From: Candidatus Susulua stagnicola
GTDB taxonomy: Bacteria > Omnitrophota > Gorgyraeia > Duberdicusellales > 4484-171
Assembly (NCBI GenBank): GCA_030765735.1
Contig: JAVCBZ010000051.1
Coordinates: 1-43,808, forward strand
Direction: 5' to 3'
DNA: 43,808 nt
The notes below the pieces were generated by a model, which had not been told where the DNA came from, made no database searches, and was given only the letters and a program-made list of their open reading frames with translations. The translations under genes were made by a program, and so were the position numbers. Positions within the stretch are counted from its first letter, which is position 1. Each line of letters begins with the position of its first letter. Positions 25,344 through 33,787 of this stretch are shown here, piece by piece.

Positions 25344-25895
25344 ATGAAAATAGTTGGTGTGAATATAAAACGATTAAGGGATGAACAAGTCCTAACACTT
25401 AGAACCTTAGCTAAAAAAGTGGGTATTAGCGCAAGCTTCTTGTCACAAGTTGAGAGCGGTAAAGCTTCCCCATCTTTATCGACATTAAAAAGCATTTCTG
25501 ATGCCCTCGCTACGACTGTTGGTGATCTTATAGGGGAAGGCCAGAAAATTGATAATAATCCTGTAGTAAAATTAAGTGAAAGAAAACATGTGAAGGGAAT
25601 AGGCAAGGGGATCAACATGTATTTATTGACATCACGAGATCCGAATAAACAGATGGAACCTTTACTCTTTAAATTGAAAAAGGGTGTTACATCGGGGGTG
25701 GCGTCTTATAAGCATTTTGGACAAGAGTTTGTGATGGTTTTAAGAGGATCTATGGAGATTACTCTTAATAGTGTAGTTTACATATTAAAGAAGGGCGACA
25801 GTATATACTTTAATTCAAGTGTACCGCATGCTTTTAGAAATATAGGTAAAGAAGAGGCAGAAGCTATCTGGGTTATAACACCGCCGACCTTTTAG
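25344..25895 (+). CDS. XRE-family HTH plus cupin-domain transcriptional regulator
   Basis: The N-terminus IKRLRDEQVLTLRTLAKKVGISASFLSQVESGKASPSLSTL is an XRE HTH. The C-terminal cupin is FVMVLRGSMEI...GDSIYFNSSVPHAFRN. The architecture resembles PuuR/SutR-type regulators. Confidence 0.85.
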   Translation: MKIVGVNIKRLRDEQVLTLRTLAKKVGISASFLSQVESGKASPSLSTLKSISDALATTVGDLIGEGQKIDNNPVVKLSERKHVKGIGKGINMYLLTSRDPNKQMEPLLFKLKKGVTSGVASYKHFGQEFVMVLRGSMEITLNSVVYILKKGDSIYFNSSVPHAFRNIGKEEAEAIWVITPPTF

Positions 25896-25970
25896 AAGAC
25901 AAAATTTTTTTGAAAAAAGTGTTAACTATTAGTTAATAATGTTAATGAATATAAAACAAAATGGAGGTGT

Positions 25971-27191
25971 ATGATGAAAAAATTAATCAAAGCAAAAGCT
26001 AAAGGTCTTAGAAAGTCGCTAGAAAAATTTGCTATAAAGATAGAAAGTTTTAAGCTTAGTTCCTCAAACATGGGTGAGTTTACGGATTTGATTTTAACCG
26101 AAATGAGAGATTTGGGGTTTGACAAAGTTACTAAAGATAAGGCTGGTAACCTAATCGGAGTGATAAAAGGATATGGGAGTAAGGATGCCATCGTTATATT
26201 GTCTCACATTGATATCAAGACACCTGAGCAACAAAAGGCAGAAGATGTTAGTAATAGTGGAATGACAAAATTTAGGTCTGGTATTATTTCAAGTATTTAC
26301 GCAGGTGCTTTAATGAAAAGGACTATGTTGCCGATGACAGGTGATTTAATAATTAGCTGTGTGCCTAGGCTTGGATGTTGTGATTTTGGTACCAAATATC
26401 TTTTTAATGATGTTTTGAAAAATAGAGTCAAAAAGATTAAAGGTGTAATACTTTGTGAACCTACTGATTTTAATATTAATCTAGGGCATAAAGGTATGAT
26501 GGAATATGAAATAGTGGTTAAAGGTAAGCTGAATAGGAATTTTCTAGAGAATCGCGGGATGAACATGCTTGGTACGATGTTTCCTTTAATAAGTGAATTA
26601 GAGAAGGTGTCAAAAGAATTACCAAATGATTTTAATTTAGGACGTTCTAGTTTGAGAATCAAAGATGTGAGTTATAGTGGATGCCAACCTCAAGATGAGA
26701 TAAACGAATTTAGGATAGTTGTTGATAGGGCGTTTATACCTGAAGAAACTAAAGGTTATATTTTAAATAGAGCCAAGGCAATAGCAAAGACTGTATATAA
26801 ACAAGAACAAGGTATTACTGTGAATACTCTTTTAGCTAAAGAGCGAATCAAAACTTATACAGGGCTTGATTTGGTGCTTGAAAAAGAGTTTAAGCCTTGG
26901 TCTATGGAAAGTCATCAGCCTTTTGCTTTAGAATCGCTTGAGAGTTTGAACGAAAATGGATTCAAATCGAATTTTGGCTATTGGAAAAAAGTGGTAACTG
27001 AAGGTTCTTACACATATGCGCAATTGAAAATACCTACAATAGGATTTGGCGCAGGAGTTGAAGATAACATAGATTCAAGCATCGACTCTTTAAACTTAGA
27101 TAAGATTGAGAAGGCTTCTTATGGTCAAGCATTGATTGTTCAGAGGAACATAGGTATGCCTACTTTTGGCTGGAGCTCTGATGAAATCTAA
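25971..27191 (+). CDS. M20-family (YgeY/ArgE/DapE-like) peptidase homolog with an apparently eroded metal site
   Basis: M20 landmarks are present: GNLIGVIKG...IVILSHIDI, CEPTDFNINLGHKGMMEYEIVVKG, and IPTIGFGAG near the C-terminus. By-eye alignment lacks the bridging Asp, the DEE/EE motif (RLGCCDFG instead) and the C-terminal His. Confidence 0.65.
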   Translation: MMKKLIKAKAKGLRKSLEKFAIKIESFKLSSSNMGEFTDLILTEMRDLGFDKVTKDKAGNLIGVIKGYGSKDAIVILSHIDIKTPEQQKAEDVSNSGMTKFRSGIISSIYAGALMKRTMLPMTGDLIISCVPRLGCCDFGTKYLFNDVLKNRVKKIKGVILCEPTDFNINLGHKGMMEYEIVVKGKLNRNFLENRGMNMLGTMFPLISELEKVSKELPNDFNLGRSSLRIKDVSYSGCQPQDEINEFRIVVDRAFIPEETKGYILNRAKAIAKTVYKQEQGITVNTLLAKERIKTYTGLDLVLEKEFKPWSMESHQPFALESLESLNENGFKSNFGYWKKVVTEGSYTYAQLKIPTIGFGAGVEDNIDSSIDSLNLDKIEKASYGQALIVQRNIGMPTFGWSSDEI

Positions 27192-28416
27192 GGAAAAAAA
27201 GTCCAATATACTTGTGATTAATTGTGGAAGTTCATCCTTAAAGTATAAAATAATAAGGATGCCGGATGAAGATGAAATAGTCCGGGGAGAGGCTGAAAGG
27301 GTGGGAATCAAAACACAAGGTGTTTCTATCATTACACATACAGTCCTTGGTAAAAAGAGGACGATTAAGGTTTTGCTTCCTAATCATTCGATAGCGCTTA
27401 AGAAGGTGCTTGAGTTAATAGCGAATGACGAAAAAGAAAATAAAGATATAAGATTTGATACTTTTGCTCATCGGTATGTTCATCCAGGCAAGTTTTTTAC
27501 GAAAACTACTAAAATTAATAAAATGGTTTTAACAAAATTGAAGGAGACTTTGCCGCTTGCTCCTATCCATAATCCGATATCTTATAAATTATTAGAATTT
27601 TGCCATCGAGAAAAATCTTCTATAGACCAATTTGTTGTATTTGATACGGCATTCCATAAAACTATTTTGCCTGAATATTCGACCTATGTGTTGCCTCTTA
27701 AAGTTATTAAGAAATATGGAATACGGAAGATAGGTTTTCATGGTATATCACATCAGTATGCAATGGAAGAGGCTTGTAAGTTTTTTAATAGAGATAAAAT
27801 CACACAAAAGATAATAAGTTGTCATTTGGGCACTGGCGGTTCAAGTGTTTGTGCAATCAGGAGTGGGAGATCTATAAATAATTCAATGGGTTTTACGCCG
27901 CTTGAAGGATTGATGATGAATACTCGCTCAGGTGACATAGATCCTGGAGCTATATTTTACATAATGTTTAGAGAGTGTTTTTCTCCAGAAGAAGCTGAAA
28001 ATATTTTAAATAATAAAAGTGGTATTCTTGGAGTATTTAATTCTTCATCTGACTTAAGAGATGTCATTAAAGACATAGACAATAACAAACAAGCGAAAAT
28101 GACATTTGATATGTATGTACGTAGAGTTAGGGCGTACATAAGTTTTTATTCCTTGATACTGAAAAAATCAGATATTTTAATATTTACAGATTCGCTTGGA
28201 GTAGGGTCATCTGTATTAAGAGAAAGCATTTGTGAAAATATGGAATTTTTAGGGCCGAACTTAGACAAGGAAAAAAATACTAAATACAGTGAGGGTATAA
28301 GTGAGATTTCTTTATCTGGATCTGAAACGAAAATTCTTGTGATTCCCACAGATGAAGAGATTATGATTGCTAGAGAAGCTTATCAAAGGTTGGTAAAAGA
28401 TGATCTTAGTCATTGA
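27181..28416 (+). CDS. Acetate/propionate kinase family paralog (full length)
   Basis: ILVINCGSSSLKYKII, AHRYVHPG, LAPIHNP, FDTAFH, IGFHGISHQ, NTRSGDIDPG, IPTDEEIMIA. The ATG at 27181 overlaps the M20 gene end by 11 nt. Confidence 0.85.
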   Translation: MKSKEKKSNILVINCGSSSLKYKIIRMPDEDEIVRGEAERVGIKTQGVSIITHTVLGKKRTIKVLLPNHSIALKKVLELIANDEKENKDIRFDTFAHRYVHPGKFFTKTTKINKMVLTKLKETLPLAPIHNPISYKLLEFCHREKSSIDQFVVFDTAFHKTILPEYSTYVLPLKVIKKYGIRKIGFHGISHQYAMEEACKFFNRDKITQKIISCHLGTGGSSVCAIRSGRSINNSMGFTPLEGLMMNTRSGDIDPGAIFYIMFRECFSPEEAENILNNKSGILGVFNSSSDLRDVIKDIDNNKQAKMTFDMYVRRVRAYISFYSLILKKSDILIFTDSLGVGSSVLRESICENMEFLGPNLDKEKNTKYSEGISEISLSGSETKILVIPTDEEIMIAREAYQRLVKDDLSH

Positions 28417-29503
28417 TTATAATTTAAAAGATATAAAAGTGTCAACTTTTGAAGAGAAATTTGATGGGCAGATTTTATCTAGTGATATTAAAGCTATTGA
28501 TGAAATAAAAGATGATGATCTATTTAAGAAAATTATTCAAAATATTAATGGTAAGAAGAAAATCAAGGCTATTTCATTTAGAATCTTATTTGGAGGAGAT
28601 TATTTTGATAAGCCAACGCTTGTTGATGAAAAGTTTTTTTTACACTTTGAGAAATTAACAGATTTTTTTCCTTTTTATGTGCCATTAACATCAAGGATGC
28701 TAAAAAGATTCCAAAAAATATTCAAAGACATTCCCTTGATAGCTTTTTTCGAAACATCATTTTTTTTGAAATTGCCGGATAAAGAAAAATATTACACTTT
28801 ACCGTTTGAGTATTACCAGAACAATAGAATAAAGAGATGGGGGTTTCATGGGATATTTCATCAAGCAAATACTAGGATTTTTTCTAAAGGTGATAGAAAT
28901 CTATCTATAGTATTTGATAAACAAACTACAGTATGTGCAACTCGTAACAATAAACCTCTTTCTGTAAGTTTAGGATATACGCCTTTGGGCGGTATTATGT
29001 CTAGAACGAGTTGCGGAGATTTGGATCCTGGGATAGTGCTCTATCTTATGAATGTACATAAGCTCTCGATTTATGAGATCGATGAAATGTTGAAGAACAA
29101 AAGTGGATTTGTAGGGCTCTCGGGATATGATATCTCAATAAGTGAAATGTTAAAGCTATACGGCAAAGATGCTAAAGTTGATATGGCATTTGACATTTAT
29201 CAGTCTCAGATAATGAAGTATGTAGGTGAAGGGATAGCAGCATTGGGAGGTTTAGATAATATTATTTTTGCTGGGAGCAATGTGGGAATATTTACTCCAA
29301 TAATTCATCAAATCGTGAGAAAGATATTATTTTTAGGAATAAACACCATAAGTTTGCCATGGTCTGAAGATAAAACTATAATCGATATTACATCTGCTGA
29401 GTCTAGGATAAAGGTATATATTAGCAGAATGGATATTGCTAAAGTTATCTTTCACGAGAGTGATATCTTTTGTAAAAATTCTAGTAATTTAAGAATAATT
29501 TAA
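28400..29503 (+). CDS. Degenerate acetate-kinase-fold protein (probable pseudo-kinase or divergent ASKHA member)
   Basis: It retains WGFHGIFHQ, LGYTPLGGIMSRTSCGDLDPG and KNKSGFVGLSG. The N-terminal phosphate motif is lost (VIDYNLKDIKV instead of VxNxGSSSxK). LAPxHNP has become FPFYVPL, and PTDEE has become SRMDIA. Overlaps the upstream gene by 17 nt. Confidence 0.7.
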   Translation: MILVIDYNLKDIKVSTFEEKFDGQILSSDIKAIDEIKDDDLFKKIIQNINGKKKIKAISFRILFGGDYFDKPTLVDEKFFLHFEKLTDFFPFYVPLTSRMLKRFQKIFKDIPLIAFFETSFFLKLPDKEKYYTLPFEYYQNNRIKRWGFHGIFHQANTRIFSKGDRNLSIVFDKQTTVCATRNNKPLSVSLGYTPLGGIMSRTSCGDLDPGIVLYLMNVHKLSIYEIDEMLKNKSGFVGLSGYDISISEMLKLYGKDAKVDMAFDIYQSQIMKYVGEGIAALGGLDNIIFAGSNVGIFTPIIHQIVRKILFLGINTISLPWSEDKTIIDITSAESRIKVYISRMDIAKVIFHESDIFCKNSSNLRII

Positions 29504-29617
29504 AGGATCTAAAAGTTAGAAAAAAGCAGTGTTTAGATCAGGACAGGTAGATGTCCCTATTATAAATTTAAGATTAATCATTTAATCATATCGATAATTT
29601 GTTTTTCTGGGATTTTT

Positions 29618-29626
29618 TGATATAAT
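29618..29626 (+). promoter_or_regulatory. Extended -10 element TGATATAAT upstream of the VIT-like gene
   Basis: The same 13-mer TTTTTGATATAAT recurs at 40457-40469. It would give a leader of about 75 nt before the GTG at 29706. Confidence 0.4.
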
Positions 29627-29705
29627 CATGCATTGAGAGAAGTTGTGGTTTATAAGGTTTTAGTGGACATAATGTTTTTGACAGAAATAATCAGGGTGGC
29701 TTAGA

Positions 29706-30182
29706 GTGAGACATTCATTAAAAGTTGGATTTAGTTTTGGTATTACCTCAGGAATAATAACAACTTTAGGATTAATGGTAGGGTTAAATTCCAGCACTAA
29801 TTCAAAGATTGCAGTTATTGGTGGTATATTAATAATTGCTATAGCTGATGCTTTTTCTGATGCCTTAGGAATACATATTTCTGAAGAGTTTGAAAATCAT
29901 CACACAACAAAACAGGTTTGGACTTCAACTATAGCAACTTTTTTTGCAAAATTTATTTTTTCATTAACTTTTATTATTCCAATTTTAATTTTTGAACTTT
30001 CAACTGCTATTATTGCTAGTATAATCTGGGGATTTTCAGTATTGGCCATACTAAGTTATCAAATGGCAAAAGAACAAAATGCTAGTCCATGGAAGGTAAT
30101 TGGTGAGCATCTTGCAATTGCAACAGTGGTTGTGTTTGCAACTCATCATCTTGGGAATTGGATTTTAGCAAATTTTAATTAA
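29706..30182 (+). CDS. Small integral membrane protein, VIT1/CCC1-like (DUF125-type) membrane domain
   Basis: Its 5 TM segments follow the pattern GFSFGITSGIITTLGLMVGL...IAIADAFSDALGIHISEE, which resembles the VIT-family membrane domain. GTG start. Confidence 0.45.
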   Translation: MRHSLKVGFSFGITSGIITTLGLMVGLNSSTNSKIAVIGGILIIAIADAFSDALGIHISEEFENHHTTKQVWTSTIATFFAKFIFSLTFIIPILIFELSTAIIASIIWGFSVLAILSYQMAKEQNASPWKVIGEHLAIATVVVFATHHLGNWILANFN

Positions 30183-30304
30183 TTTCTGCTTTTATTTCTG
30201 CCAAATTTCTTTATTTTTTATAGAGTTATGGTATAATTTATTTCGTTAAAAGCTTATTATTTGGTTAAGAATATAATTATTAATGATAAAGTGCAAAATT
30301 GCTG

Positions 30305-31060
30305 ATGTTAGCTAAACGAATAATACCATGCTTAGATATTAATAAGGGAAGAGTAGTCAAGGGGGTTAATTTCATTAACCTTCAAGATGCGGGTGATCCA
30401 ATTAAAAATGCTAAATTTTATGAGGATCAAGGCGCAGATGAGTTGGTTTTTTTAGATATTACTGCTAGTGTAGAAAAACGAGCTACGACTATTGAGTTAG
30501 TTAAAAAGATTTCTCAGGTTGTTTTTATGCCTTTTACTGTTGGAGGTGGAATAAAATCAGTTTTGGATATACGTAGACTTCTTTTGGCTGGAGCAGAAAA
30601 AGTTTCACTAAACACTGCTGCTGTTAAAAATCCTCAATTAATTAAGGAAGCTTCGGATATTTTTGGTAGTCAGTGTATAGTTGTTGCCATTGATGCAAAA
30701 TCAAAGGGAAAGGGTTGGGAAGTATATATCAATGGTGGTAGAACAGCAACAGGCATAGATGTTTTAAAATGGGCTCAAAAAGTCCAAAAATTAGGTGCTG
30801 GTGAGATTCTTCTTACTAGCATGGATTATGATGGCACTAAAGATGGTTTTGATATAAAATTAGTGCGGGCAATATCTGATCTGGTTGAGATACCAGTGAT
30901 TGCTTCTGGAGGAGCAGGTAAACTTAAAGATTTTTTTGATGTTTTTAAGGAAACCAAAGCTACTGCAGGGTTGGCAGCTTCGATATTTCATTATCGTCAG
31001 ATTAGCATTAAAAATATAAAAGGATATCTTAGAAAAAAAGGAATAAAGGTGAGGATATGA
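30305..31060 (+). CDS. hisF: Imidazole glycerol phosphate synthase cyclase subunit
   Basis: [23 protein letters not shown]...[10 protein letters not shown]...GGGI...SGGAG, matching HisF over its full length. Confidence 0.95.
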   Translation: MLAKRIIPCLDINKGRVVKGVNFINLQDAGDPIKNAKFYEDQGADELVFLDITASVEKRATTIELVKKISQVVFMPFTVGGGIKSVLDIRRLLLAGAEKVSLNTAAVKNPQLIKEASDIFGSQCIVVAIDAKSKGKGWEVYINGGRTATGIDVLKWAQKVQKLGAGEILLTSMDYDGTKDGFDIKLVRAISDLVEIPVIASGGAGKLKDFFDVFKETKATAGLAASIFHYRQISIKNIKGYLRKKGIKVRI

Positions 31061-31148
31061 AGGATAAAGGAACAAGGATGAAGGATAAAGGAGCAAGGAT
31101 AAAGGATAAAGAGAAAAAGATAAAGATAAAGATAAAGATAAAGATAAA
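31057..31148 (+). repeat. Purine-rich in-frame repeat array: 21-nt unit x2 (plus a degenerate third), then (GATAAA)x5
   Basis: ATGAAGGATAAAGGAACAAGG (31057-31077) and ATGAAGGATAAAGGAGCAAGG (31078-31098), then GATAAA x5 at 31119-31148. Confidence 0.9.
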
Positions 31149-31476
31149 GGGAAAAGCAGTGATAATTCCGAAGTTAAAATTTGGGCAAGATGGACTTATT
31201 CCAGCAATTGTTCAAGATGATAAAACTGGAGATGTTTTAATGATTGCCTATATGAATAAGGAATCGCTAGAAATTACTTTGCGTGAGATGAGAACTTGTT
31301 TTTGGTCTCGTTCTCGAAAGACTCTTTGGCGTAAGGGTGAAACCAGTGGTCATGTTCAAAAGATAAAGAAAATATATTATGATTGCGATAAGGATGCTTT
31401 GTTAGTAAGGGTAGATCAAAAAGGCGTTGCTTGTCATACTGGTGAGTGGAGCTGTTTTTTCCGAAGACTGATTTAA
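31057..31476 (+). CDS. hisI: Phosphoribosyl-AMP cyclohydrolase (HisI only). The true start may be the GTG at 31159, downstream of the repeat array
   Basis: [10 protein letters not shown]...[12 protein letters not shown]...FWSRSR..LW.KGETSGH...DCD.DALL..V...G.ACHTGE.SCF. The Lys-rich 34-aa N-terminal extension has no counterpart in typical HisI. Confidence 0.85.
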   Translation: MKDKGTRMKDKGARIKDKEKKIKIKIKIKIKGKAVIIPKLKFGQDGLIPAIVQDDKTGDVLMIAYMNKESLEITLREMRTCFWSRSRKTLWRKGETSGHVQKIKKIYYDCDKDALLVRVDQKGVACHTGEWSCFFRRLI

Positions 31477-31481
31477 GAGAT

Positions 31482-33002
31482 ATGACAAAAAAAGAGATTC
31501 CGTTTAATGAAATAAATCCTACTTTGGGACAATTTCGGAAATTATCAAAAAAGAATAATTTAATTGTTCTTTCGTGTAAGTTTTTTTCAGATTCTGTTAC
31601 TCCGCTTTCTGTCTACCATAACCTTGAGAAAACTATAAAAGGTGAAAGCTTTCTTTTGGAATCAGTAGAAGGACAAGAGAAAGTATGCCGTTTTTCATTT
31701 CTAGGGTTTAAGCCAATGGCAGTGTTTAAGAGTAAGGGTAAGAGGATTTACATAAAGGATAAAAAGGCACGTTCTTTTGTAACTACGAAAGATCCTTGTC
31801 TAGAGTTAAAGAATCTAATGAGCTCTTATAAGGTTGCACCTAAAGAAAATTTACGTTTTTTTGGAGGGTTTGTAGGTTATCTTGGTTATGATGCGGTTAG
31901 ATTTTATGAACCAATAGGCAAAGATTTGCCTGATTCTTTAGGAACTTATGATTCTTATTTCATCTTACCTAAATTTCTGGTAATTTTTGATCATTTGATT
32001 AAACAAATTGAAGTTCTTTCTTTTGTTAATTTAGATAATAACAATAAAGAGAACGTTGATAAGGTTTATCTTAGAGAACGAAAGTCTTTAGTTAATATTT
32101 GCAAGAAAATTATTTCTTTGCATCGTTTGCCAGATTTATTATTTAAGTCGTCTAAGCTTAAAATGGAGTCTAATTTTAAGAAAAAAGATTTTCTTTCGGC
32201 TATCAAAAAGGCTAAGAAATATATCAAAGAAGGGGAAATAATCCAAACTGTTATCTCTCAAAGATTTTTTACTAATTTTAAAGATGATCCTTTTACAGTG
32301 TATAGGTATTTACGAATACTTAACCCTTCACCTTACATGTATTATTTAAATTTTGGAAAAACAAAAATTGCTGGTTCTTCTCCAGAAATGCTTTTAAGAT
32401 GTGAGCATGATGAATTAATTACTCGGCCTATTGCTGGTACTCGAAAAAGAGGAAAAGATGAAGCTGAGGATAAGAGGTTAAAAAAATCATTGTTGAATGA
32501 TCCTAAAGAAAAAGCTGAGCATATTATGCTGGTTGATTTAGCTCGTAATGATTTAGGTCGAATTGCTGAGAAAACAACTGTTAATGTTTCTACCTTTATG
32601 GATGTTGAGTTGTTTTCCCATGTAATGCATATTGTTAGTGAAGTTCGAGCTAAGTTGAGTAGTAAGGAAAATATTTTTTCTGCTTTAATAAGTTGTTTTC
32701 CGGCTGGAACAGTTAGTGGGGCTCCTAAAGTGCGAGCAATGCAGATAGTCAATGAATTAGAGCATGAGAAAAGAGGTATTTACGCTGGTTCAGTAGGATA
32801 TTTTTCCTTCACAAGAAGTCTAGATACGTGTATAATAATAAGAACTATAGTATTTAAGGACAATAAGGCTTATATTCAAGCTGGAGCAGGAATTGTTGCT
32901 GATTCTGTTCCTAACAGTGAATTTAAGGAAACTATTAGTAAGGCAAAGGCTCAAATGCTAGCTCTTGAATTTGCAGTTGCTTCTTCTAGTAAAAAATGTT
33001 AA
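31482..33002 (+). CDS. trpE: Anthranilate synthase component I family (TrpE/PabB-type chorismate-binding enzyme)
   Basis: SVTPLSVY near the N-terminus, and a C-terminal chorismate-binding block (SPE.LL...RPIAGTR.RG...EKAEH.MLVDL.RND...HV.H.VS...FPAGT.SGAPK.RAM.I..E.E...RG.Y.G..GY). The ATG at 31482, after the hisI stop, is preferred. Confidence 0.8.
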   Translation: MTKKEIPFNEINPTLGQFRKLSKKNNLIVLSCKFFSDSVTPLSVYHNLEKTIKGESFLLESVEGQEKVCRFSFLGFKPMAVFKSKGKRIYIKDKKARSFVTTKDPCLELKNLMSSYKVAPKENLRFFGGFVGYLGYDAVRFYEPIGKDLPDSLGTYDSYFILPKFLVIFDHLIKQIEVLSFVNLDNNNKENVDKVYLRERKSLVNICKKIISLHRLPDLLFKSSKLKMESNFKKKDFLSAIKKAKKYIKEGEIIQTVISQRFFTNFKDDPFTVYRYLRILNPSPYMYYLNFGKTKIAGSSPEMLLRCEHDELITRPIAGTRKRGKDEAEDKRLKKSLLNDPKEKAEHIMLVDLARNDLGRIAEKTTVNVSTFMDVELFSHVMHIVSEVRAKLSSKENIFSALISCFPAGTVSGAPKVRAMQIVNELEHEKRGIYAGSVGYFSFTRSLDTCIIIRTIVFKDNKAYIQAGAGIVADSVPNSEFKETISKAKAQMLALEFAVASSSKKC

Positions 33003-33175
33003 GAAAAATACTTGTTTTATTAATTATTTTTCAGACTTGTCTTTTTTCAGCATATGCAAGGGAGGATGGTTGTTGGAACATATGAAATAGGGACTTTTAT
33101 TATCCCAACATATAAACCGATGATAAAACCGGAATATATTTTTGATAATAGTGAAGATGATTAGGAGGAAAAAAC

Positions 33176-33436
33176 ATGCTTAAAATTCGACTACGTAGGC
33201 CAGGAAAGTCTGTTAAAAGAAGGTATCATTACAAAATTGTAGTAACTGAAGCAAAGAATGCACGGGAATCAAAATTTGTTGAGCAGATTGGACACTATGA
33301 TCCTTCGCAAAAGCTTTTGAAATTTGTGATTTCAAAATATGAATCTTGGATAAAAAAAGGTGCAAAGCCAACTGAAACAGTGGCTACTTTATTTAAACGA
33401 TATAGACGTGAAAAAAACAAAGAGCAGAAAGCGTAA
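33176..33436 (+). CDS. rpsP: 30S ribosomal protein S16
   Basis: MLKIRLRRPGKSVKRRYHYKIVVTEAKNARESKFVEQIGHYDP; AGGAGG RBS. Confidence 0.95.
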   Translation: MLKIRLRRPGKSVKRRYHYKIVVTEAKNARESKFVEQIGHYDPSQKLLKFVISKYESWIKKGAKPTETVATLFKRYRREKNKEQKA

Positions 33437-33508
33437 GGTAAGTAAATAATTTTTTAACCTTTGTTTTCCGATTTTTAACTTAAATTTTAATAAACTAAGG
33501 AGGTCTAG

Positions 33509-33787
33509 ATGCAAGGAGCACCGAATGCTGGAATTTTAAATTTTATACCTTTGGTTTTCATTTTTATTGTTTTTTATTTTCTGATTATAAGGCCACAACA
33601 GAAAAAGCAAAAAGAACATAAAGAAATGATTAGCAGTTTGAAAAAAAATGATGAAATAGTTACCGCGGGGGGAATTTTTGGAACCATTGTTAATCTAAAA
33701 GAAAATACATTTGTTATAAGAGTTGACGAAAATTCAAAAATTGAAGTTGAAAAAAAGTCAATTGCTTACATAAGAAAGGCTAGATAA
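33509..33787 (+). CDS. yajC: Preprotein translocase subunit YajC
   Basis: A single TM helix followed by IRPQQKKQKEH..M...L.KNDEIVT.GGI.G.I. Confidence 0.85.
   Translation: MQGAPNAGILNFIPLVFIFIVFYFLIIRPQQKKQKEHKEMISSLKKNDEIVTAGGIFGTIVNLKENTFVIRVDENSKIEVEKKSIAYIRKAR

Noticed and set aside
25098-29705. Classical integrase-mediated genomic island at tRNA-Glu
   Set aside because: There is no integrase gene, and I could find no direct repeat of the tRNA 3' end downstream of the module. I therefore describe it only as a tRNA-adjacent accessory-looking module.
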